Source of the DNA: a virus
Reading direction: 5' to 3' (one strand)
IMG/VR virus record: IMGVR_UViG_3300047160_009070
Coordinates: 1 to 64,000 of that record
DNA: 64,000 nt
Part shown: positions 57,778 through 64,000 of the stretch, in pieces
Numbering within the stretch: position 1 is the stretch's first letter
How the letters are laid out: every line of letters starts with the position of its first letter
The notes under the pieces: model-generated
What the model was told of the DNA's origin: nothing
What the model saw: the letters and a program-made list of their open reading frames with translations, nothing else
The model's database searches: none
Position numbers and translations under genes: made by a program

Positions 57778-58088
57778 TGGGACATCACCAGCCGGTGTTC
57801 GACGGGCCGGTGCCGCTCGCGGTGATCGCACCCGCCACACGCCGCGAGTTGGACAGCCGCGCCAAACAGCGGTTCGGCCTGACGCTCGAGGGGATGTACG
57901 CCACCTGGGCGTACTGGTGCCGGCGCGCCGGGACGTTCAGGGCGCTGCCGTGGTGGCAGCGCCGGAGGGTGCGCACGGCGATCAGGGAAGCGGACCGCAA
58001 AGCCGAACTGAACCTTGAGCGCATACGCGCCCTATGGAATCCGTCGGTCGATGTGGTAGAAGTTGCCGACCGAACAGGAGATCCATGA
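57777..58088 (+). CDS. Hypothetical protein
   Basis: TGATG-coupled ORF. Confidence 0.55.
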   Translation: MGHHQPVFDGPVPLAVIAPATRRELDSRAKQRFGLTLEGMYATWAYWCRRAGTFRALPWWQRRRVRTAIREADRKAELNLERIRALWNPSVDVVEVADRTGDP

Positions 58089-58324
58089 CCGAGACGATTC
58101 CGATCAACGCCCCACGCCGCCGGCGCCGCGGCCCCGAGTTGATGGGCGCCAGGGAGGTAGCGGACTGCCTCGGCGTGAAGGTGTCCAACCTGCAGTTCAT
58201 CAAGGACCTGCCGCAGCCGTTGCAGGAGCTCACGTGCGGGCGTGTCTGGCTCGCCGCCGAGATCCGCAAGTTCGCGGAGGTTTACGAGGCGAGGCGCGAA
58301 GCCCGCCAGACGAAGGCTGCGTAA
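58085..58324 (+). CDS. AlpA/excisionase-like HTH protein
   Basis: LMGAREVADCLGV...LPQP...GRVWLAAEI; SD AGGAG. Confidence 0.75.
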   Translation: MTETIPINAPRRRRRGPELMGAREVADCLGVKVSNLQFIKDLPQPLQELTCGRVWLAAEIRKFAEVYEARREARQTKAA

Positions 58325-58452
58325 AGCAGCCGGTTCCTCGACCAAGGAGGTAGCACCACACGACCATTAGCGGCGCGGCCGAAGTAAGCGAGTAGGCCAA
58401 CGTGCGAGCGCCGAGCTGGGCAGTGACCTAATACCGTTCAGGAGGTTCCTTC

Positions 58453-59034
58453 ATGAAGTACCTCGTCCGGCCAGCCGTTGTGCTGGCCGTTGCTGTTCCC
58501 GGGCTGGCGGGGAGCGCGCACGCCCGGGTGTTCCCGGTCGCGCACGCGTCGTCCCGGCTGCTGGCGTCGGCGCCTGCCTGCGACAGGCTGTACAGCGTCG
58601 CGATGGCGAAACGCGCGATCGACGTCACCTACCGCCGGGGGGAGCGCCGCCACGACGTTGACCATTTGCGCCGGTTCATCCGCTGCCAGCGCAACCCCGG
58701 CCATTCGCAGTCCTATTTGAGGGGAGAGTGGGCGCGGCAACGCGCCAGATGGAGGGAGAGAACAGCACCGCCGCCGGCTCAGGTTGCGAGCTCGACGCCG
58801 GCGAGCGGGCTGGCTGTCTGCATCATCCACGCCGAGTCGGGCGGGAATTCGCAGGCCGTCAATGGACAATACGAGGGAATCGCCCAGTGGTCACCCAGTA
58901 GCTGGGCTGGCGGCGGCGGGTTGCGGTTCGCCTCGACGCCGCTGGGGGCCAGTTACAGCGAGCAGGTGATCGTCCTGAACGAGATGCTCGCCAACGGGCA
59001 GGCGTCCCAGTGGACGTGCTGCGATCCGTGCTAG
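58453..59034 (+). CDS. Secreted Rpf-like transglycosylase
   Basis: Signal peptide (..AHA); CIIHAESGGN..NGQYEGIAQW...ASYSEQ...GQASQW. Confidence 0.85.
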   Translation: MKYLVRPAVVLAVAVPGLAGSAHARVFPVAHASSRLLASAPACDRLYSVAMAKRAIDVTYRRGERRHDVDHLRRFIRCQRNPGHSQSYLRGEWARQRARWRERTAPPPAQVASSTPASGLAVCIIHAESGGNSQAVNGQYEGIAQWSPSSWAGGGGLRFASTPLGASYSEQVIVLNEMLANGQASQWTCCDPC

Positions 59035-59055
59035 AAGCTAGAAGCTAGAACTTAG

Positions 59056-59091
59056 ACGGCCGGGTGGTCATGCGATCGCCCGGCCGTTTTT
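59056..59091 (+). terminator. Intrinsic terminator
   Basis: ACGGCCGGGTG...CGCCCGGCCGT followed by a T run. Confidence 0.8.
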
Positions 59092-59244
59092 GTCGCTAGC
59101 TGCGGCAAAACCCTCGACGGCTGGCCGTCATAGCGTCACAATGCGCCGATCGTTACAGTGGGCGTCCGGTGAGCGTGGTAGCTTCGTATGGGTGAGAGAC
59201 GAGCAGGCCGATCACGGCTGTGGGCTGGACGTCCCGGGTGCGGC

Positions 59245-60384
59245 GTGACCAGGCAGCTGTCGTTCACCGAGATCCAGACCGCTTTGACGTGCGAGGGACG
59301 CCACGCGTTCCAGTACACCGGCCGTCTGACCGGCGGCGAGACTCTGAAGCGTAAGCAGATCGCCGTGGAGCTTTCCAACGGCCGCGCCTGGGGTGCTGCT
59401 GTGGCTGCGTGGCACGGCTTCCCTGCCGACACGAGCCTGCTGGACGCCTACCGGCCCGTACTCGCCAAGCAAGCCGCCCACGAGGCGCTGCTGGCGTCCT
59501 ACAGGCATGATGTGGAGGAGCAGCTCGCCGCCGGCGTGTGGGTTCCGGTGGAGGCACAGGTGGACCGCCAGACTTGGCTGGCGGAGATCCTCGACCATTA
59601 CATGGCGACCGGCGTCCCGCTCGAGAATCTCACCAGGATCGAGGGTGGGTTCGATATGCCGCTGCCGTCCCGGACAGGCAAACGTGTGTCGACGGTGTAC
59701 CGGTTCACCGGGTTTCTTGACGGCTGGACGGTCCCGGCCGGCGGTGGGCATGCGCTGGTGGAGTTCAAGTTTCGCTCCCGTCTCACCCCGCCGGACCAGG
59801 TGCAGCTGTCCCGGCAGGTCCGCTGGTATGCGCTGGCGTTGCAGCGCGAGACGGGTGTGCCGGTGATCGGCGCGGTCCTGGATGAGCGTTTGGCGGAGCC
59901 GCCGAAGCCTCCGCGTGTGGTGCAGGCGAAACGCAAGGGGGAGGGTGTGGACGGCTGGACGGTCAGTCACGCCAAGGACCAGCTCACCACCCCCGAGCTT
60001 TATCTCGAGGCGTGCGGGTTGTTCGACGCCGAGCCGGAGCCCGACACACTCGATGCTCTGCGGACTCGTTTGTGGCAGCAGCGCCACCCGATTCTGTTCC
60101 GCCCGTCCGAGTTGGCTGAGGCGGAGCGCGAGTTGGTGTCGGCGGCGAAACTGATCCGCGATCTCGATTCGGGCGCCCGCTACCCGGTGCGTAACGCCCA
60201 GACGCAGCTGTGCCGCCGCTGCCGCTATCTCGAGGCATGTCCGAACCCGGACGACCAGTTTTATCTCGACACGCTCTACGAGCGCACTGTGCCGAAGAGG
60301 CTGCGTGCTCGAGAGGAGGAGAGCACCGGCGGGGGAACTCTGGCCCCTGGACCCCCCGCCGGCCTCTTCGCGGAGGCAGCATGA
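59245..60384 (+). CDS. PD-(D/E)xK exonuclease (RecE/Cas4-like); may start at 59188
   Basis: LSFTEIQTALTC, GRAWG, FTGFLDG..LVEFK, QVRWYA, CRRCRYLEAC. Confidence 0.85.
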   Translation: MTRQLSFTEIQTALTCEGRHAFQYTGRLTGGETLKRKQIAVELSNGRAWGAAVAAWHGFPADTSLLDAYRPVLAKQAAHEALLASYRHDVEEQLAAGVWVPVEAQVDRQTWLAEILDHYMATGVPLENLTRIEGGFDMPLPSRTGKRVSTVYRFTGFLDGWTVPAGGGHALVEFKFRSRLTPPDQVQLSRQVRWYALALQRETGVPVIGAVLDERLAEPPKPPRVVQAKRKGEGVDGWTVSHAKDQLTTPELYLEACGLFDAEPEPDTLDALRTRLWQQRHPILFRPSELAEAERELVSAAKLIRDLDSGARYPVRNAQTQLCRRCRYLEACPNPDDQFYLDTLYERTVPKRLRAREEESTGGGTLAPGPPAGLFAEAA

Positions 60385-60812
60385 TGGCCTACAACGACGT
60401 GAACTTCACTTGCTGTGTGTGCGGGATCGCGATCACGATGCCGGAGGGCCTGTATCAGCAGCGGGTGACGGATCACGGCGAGTTCTATTGCGTGAACGGC
60501 CACCGGCAGCGTTTCACCCAGAAGGACAAGAAGGAGCAGGAGATCGCCCGTTTGCGCGAAGAGGTGCGAGCCAGGGACTCGCTGATCGAGACTTTCCGTA
60601 GCGAGGCGAACGAATTGTGGGATGAGCGCGAGGGTTTGATCGCTTTGCTGCGCGAATGCCCGCTCTGTGATTGGCGCTCCAGCAAGCGCATCCCCCGGGG
60701 TGGTGTTCGTGCCGGCGTTGAGCGTGTCCACCAGCAGTTGGTCGACCATTTGGCGCACGACCACGGGCTGCCGGTGCCGCAGGAGCAGCGTCTTCTGGAG
60801 GCGGGGGCGTGA
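60381..60812 (+). CDS. Zn-binding coiled-coil hypothetical protein
   Basis: CCVCG, FYCVNGH, CPLC, HLAHDH. Confidence 0.7.
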   Translation: MMAYNDVNFTCCVCGIAITMPEGLYQQRVTDHGEFYCVNGHRQRFTQKDKKEQEIARLREEVRARDSLIETFRSEANELWDEREGLIALLRECPLCDWRSSKRIPRGGVRAGVERVHQQLVDHLAHDHGLPVPQEQRLLEAGA

Positions 60813-61276
60813 GCTCCACCCGCCATGGCGTGTCCGGCAAGTGGGACGGCCTCATCGAGGAGCGCGACCGGCTGAAGGACCAGGTGCAGGGCCTGAGCGA
60901 TCATGTCGAGCGTCTGGTGGAGGAGTGCGACAGGCTGCTGGACGCCAAGGAGCTTCAGCTGCACGAGCTACGCGACCTGCTTCGGGACCAGCCGAACGAG
61001 GCTTGGGCGACTGTTTCGGGGACGGTGGAGGTCGCTCAGCGTCGTGTGGAGGAGGCCGAGGCCCGCGCCGACATCCGGCCTGACAGCGACGAGCAGGAGG
61101 CGCTCGACGCTTTGCAGAGCTACATGGCGGTGGTGGTGCACCGCTGGAAGCTCCGCGCCAACCAGGGCGAGTTGCTCGCCGCTGTTCACACTCTGCAGGG
61201 CGCTGTCCAGCAGCACCTGCTTCACCGGATCGCCCCGAACAATTGGGCTAGCTGGTGGCAGGAAAGTTCACCATGA
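60809..61276 (+). CDS. Coiled-coil hypothetical protein
   Basis: GTGA-coupled ORF. Confidence 0.6.
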   Translation: MSSTRHGVSGKWDGLIEERDRLKDQVQGLSDHVERLVEECDRLLDAKELQLHELRDLLRDQPNEAWATVSGTVEVAQRRVEEAEARADIRPDSDEQEALDALQSYMAVVVHRWKLRANQGELLAAVHTLQGAVQQHLLHRIAPNNWASWWQESSP

Positions 61277-61310
61277 GCGATCCGTTGAGGCGGAGAAGGG
61301 ACGGAATCTG

Positions 61311-62112
61311 ATGCGATTCGTGGACCGACCGGGGCCTGCTAGACCGAACATTCTGATCTACGGGCCCCCGTAAGGAACCAAAGGTGGGTAAGACGGCGGG
61401 TGCGTGCTCGTCGGGTTTGGGAACGATCCTGTTCAACCTCGATCTCCCGAACGCGACCCGTTATGCCCGTTCCAAGAAACGCGATCCGGACGGCAGGGTG
61501 ATGGAGGTCGAGTTGCCGCCGTTCGAGGAACGCAAACTCCCGGTCTTCGATCTGATGGGCGAGATCTCCCGGTCGGTCGCCGATCCGCGCCAGGAGGTGG
61601 CGGAGGTGGTGGTCACCGACCCGATGGGCGAGCTTTACCGGCGTCTGCTGGAGGAGGTGTCGAACCGGTCGATCCATCCGACGTTCGATCACCGGCTGTG
61701 GGTGACCACCCAGATCGAGCGTTACTGCCGGTTCCTGTGCGAGCTGCCGACCATTTCGGCGATCTTCGTGTGCCACGAGCTTCCGGTGAAGGACGAGTCG
61801 ACCGAGTCGTTCGAGCGGTTGCCGTTCACCGGCACCACCAACATCAATCTCGGCGCCAAGTTGATGTCGATGGTGGATGTGATCGCCTACGCCGGCGTGT
61901 CGGTGCAGGAGAACGGCGCGAAGGAGTACGGTGCCCAGTTGATCATCGACCAAGGGCGCCGCGGCGGGGACCGGTTCGATTGTCTGGGGGACTATCGCCC
62001 GCTGGATTTGAAGGACTGGTTCGCGGCGATCGCTGGGGCGGAGGTTGCCGATCTCAGCGCTGAGACCAGTAGCGAGGAGCCTGCCGGGAAGCCGGTGGCG
62101 GAGGCGGCGTGA
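61311..62112 (+). CDS. AAA_24/Sak4-like ATPase interrupted by a 10-nt stop-containing insert in Walker A
   Basis: MRFVDRPGPARPNILIYGPP-TAA...KVGKT; VVVTDPMGELY, IFVCHE, MVDVIAY; flanked by exonuclease and SSB-like genes. Confidence 0.85.
62050..62067. repeat. 18-bp palindrome copy 3 (17/18 match)
   Basis: GATCTCAGCGCTGAGACC. Confidence 0.7.
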
Positions 62113-62420
62113 CGACCACCGAGACATACAGCACCATCCACCGGGCGTTGACGGACACCGCGCTGCTGCACGGCCTGACGCGAACGGAGATGCGGGTGGT
62201 GGTCGCGCTCGCGGACCGTGGCGGCAGGTCCCGTACCGACGAGATCACCGCCGACTTGTGTTTGGGCAGCGGGTCCGCTGTCCGGCGTGCGATCGCCGAG
62301 CTCCGCAGACGCGGCCAGGTCGCGCCCGCCCGCACCGAGCTGAAGCTGTCCGCCGCCGGCCGGACGGCTCACCGGGCGTTCGTCCGGTCGTTGAAGGGAG
62401 CGCGTCATGGCGTTGTCTGA
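62109..62420 (+). CDS. MarR-like winged-HTH protein
   Basis: GLTRTEMRVVVAL...SAVRRAIAELRRRGQV...LSAAGR. Confidence 0.7.
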   Translation: MTTTETYSTIHRALTDTALLHGLTRTEMRVVVALADRGGRSRTDEITADLCLGSGSAVRRAIAELRRRGQVAPARTELKLSAAGRTAHRAFVRSLKGARHGVV

Positions 62421-62562
62421 GAGCGGTCTGCGTGCCGGCGGCGTGATCGTCGGCCACATCTACACCGACCGTGGCCGCAAGTTCACGGTTAAGCCCAAGA
62501 CGGTGAGGGCGTACCGCGCCTCGAGCCGCCGCTGGAGCCCGCCGAAGGGACGCAGACGGTGA
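62407..62562 (+). CDS. Small basic hypothetical protein (51 aa)
   Basis: MALSESGLRAGGVIVGHIYTDRGRKFTVKPK...; SD GGAG; coupled to the next gene. Confidence 0.45.
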   Translation: MALSESGLRAGGVIVGHIYTDRGRKFTVKPKTVRAYRASSRRWSPPKGRRR

Positions 62563-62765
62563 GTGTGCTGATCGGCATCCAGATCGATGTGAGCGACACG
62601 ATGATCGGCCAGGCGCTGGTGCGTGTCTCGAACCAGGAGACGGTGCAGCAGATCGGCCCTCTGGTCGATCCCGGCCTGGTGACGAGCGCGATCGAGCGGC
62701 TTGTCGAGGACGTCAGGTCTCGCGCCACGGAGCAGGCGGAGCAGTGCTTCCGGCGCATCCCATAA
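62559..62765 (+). CDS. Small hypothetical protein
   Basis: GTGA-coupled 68-aa ORF. Confidence 0.5.
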   Translation: MSVLIGIQIDVSDTMIGQALVRVSNQETVQQIGPLVDPGLVTSAIERLVEDVRSRATEQAEQCFRRIP

Positions 62766-62788
62766 CTATCTAGGAAAGGAACTGTCTG

Positions 62789-63289
62789 ATGTCAGCGTTT
62801 GATTACGGGACCGCCGAGTCCTGGGATACGTCCACCGAGACTCTGTTGCCGGTCGGCAACTTTGTGGCGGAGATCGTGATGGCCGAGCCCGGTCACACGA
62901 AGGGCAGCATGGGCCGTGAAGCGAAGCCGCAACTCGAGATCAAGGTCCAGAACGACCGGGGTTCCCGGAAGGACTGGATTGTGATCACCCCGAACACGCA
63001 GGGCAAGGTGGTGCAGGTGTTCGATGCGTCCGGGACGGAGCGTCCGAAGCAGGGCGAGTTCGATCCGTCGACGGGCGAGTTGACGGAGGAGGCGTGCGCC
63101 CGGTTGCGCGGCAAGAAGGTGGGTGTGGTGATCCGCGACGAGCAGTCGTTGAAGGATCCGACGCGCATGGAGCCTCGCATCCAGGGCTATGTGCAGCCTG
63201 ACCGGATCACGGAGGACGTGCCGATCGACACCGCCGGACTGCCTCCCGCGAACGGGCCGCAGTCCGCCGATTCGAAGATTCCCTTCTAG
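62789..63289 (+). CDS. DUF669-like single-stranded DNA-binding protein
   Basis: LLPVGNFVAEI N-motif; C-terminal IPF; SD AAAGGA. Confidence 0.75.
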   Translation: MSAFDYGTAESWDTSTETLLPVGNFVAEIVMAEPGHTKGSMGREAKPQLEIKVQNDRGSRKDWIVITPNTQGKVVQVFDASGTERPKQGEFDPSTGELTEEACARLRGKKVGVVIRDEQSLKDPTRMEPRIQGYVQPDRITEDVPIDTAGLPPANGPQSADSKIPF

Positions 63290-63291
63290 CG

Positions 63292-64000
63292 ATGGCGGTC
63301 GTGTCGCAGGCCCGCGAGCTCTCCCCCGAGGAGCAGCAGGAACGAGCGGCGTACTGCTTTGCCCTGAACGAGCAGATCAAGCAGGCGCTGTTCCTCGGCC
63401 GTCAGGCGCTGTGGGAGCTTGCTAAGGGGTTGTACGAGTTCCATCGCCAGAACGGCTGGTCGGCGCTGGATTACGAGTCGATGAACGAGTGGCTCGCGGA
63501 CCCGGAGATCAGCATTTCCCGCGCCCAGTTCACCCGGATCGTCCGGCGCTACGAGAGCTTTGTGGTGCGCAAGGCGCTGCCGGTTTCCCGCGATGAGCTT
63601 CCGGAGGAGAAGGCGAACGATCCTGGGACGGTGGTGCTGTCCGAACTCGATCCTTCCAAGCTCGATGTGGTGGTGGGCGCGATCGATTCGGGGAGGGTGA
63701 CGACGGAGGACGCGCTGGGTGATGTGCAGGCGCTCGGCTGGCGCGATCTCCGCGAGAAGTACTGGGGGTCGAAGGAGGAGAAGCCGCCGGTTGAGCCGGA
63801 GCCCGAGCCTGTCCTGGCTGCGGGAGGGAAGGAGATGGCGGTGGCTGCTGCGATGGTGGATTCGTGGCTGTCGCTGGGCGGCGATCGCCGTAAGGCGCAG
63901 CGCCATTTCGCGAAGCTCGTTCGTTTGCACCCGTTCTTCACCGCGTTGGCGGAGGTGCAGGCTTGTCTTGCGGGCGAGGAGGGCGCTCCGGTCCGGGCGG
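63292..64000 (+). CDS. Hypothetical phage protein (runs off window end)
   Basis: MAVVSQAREL...WELAKGLYEF...WSALDYESMNEWLADPEI; open to 64000. Confidence 0.65.
   Translation, partial: MAVVSQARELSPEEQQERAAYCFALNEQIKQALFLGRQALWELAKGLYEFHRQNGWSALDYESMNEWLADPEISISRAQFTRIVRRYESFVVRKALPVSRDELPEEKANDPGTVVLSELDPSKLDVVVGAIDSGRVTTEDALGDVQALGWRDLREKYWGSKEEKPPVEPEPEPVLAAGGKEMAVAAAMVDSWLSLGGDRRKAQRHFAKLVRLHPFFTALAEVQACLAGEEGAPVRA

Noticed and set aside
59031-59056. CTAGAAG tandem repeats after the Rpf-like gene
   Set aside because: Three short copies around a stop codon; likely slippage with no supportable function
59245-60384. Cas4 acting as spacer-acquisition nuclease for the array
   Set aside because: Its context (Sak4-like ATPase, SSB) indicates the standard phage recombination module; nothing links it to the array

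Overview
A 64-kb slice of a high-GC tailed (siphovirus-like, HK97-type head) phage or prophage, almost entirely encoded on the + strand. The host is probably an actinobacterium; an Ig-like domain type suggests Thermoleophilia/Solirubrobacterales (inference). Order: a dual-repeat array with a 36-nt period, a RecD/Dda-like helicase, a parS-like palindrome, two ParB-like genes, a depolymerase and an esterase, a tRNA-fMet-like gene with an island of leaderless basic micro-ORFs, DUF5131, holin and GH24 lysin, terminases, portal, protease, capsid, a tRNA-like element, head-tail and tail genes, a tape measure with SLT and M23 domains, glycan-active minor tail proteins, a peptidase with a second holin, and then replication/recombination genes. 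Main highlights: (1) a TIGR-like array of at least 29 units at 1-1051, whose effector is not in the window, linked to helicase/ParB genes and a parS-like site; (2) three genes interrupted near their 5' ends by a stop codon, each repaired by one recoding event. These are a prfB-type CUU-UGA-C +1 shift in the tape measure and matched-codon hops of 5 nt (DUF5131) and 10 nt (AAA ATPase Walker A), suggesting stop-codon-gated expression; (3) a cryptic tRNA-like cloverleaf right after the capsid gene, a recurring 18-bp palindrome, and leaderless, bidirectional and uORF promoters. All calls come from reading motifs by eye; no searches were run.
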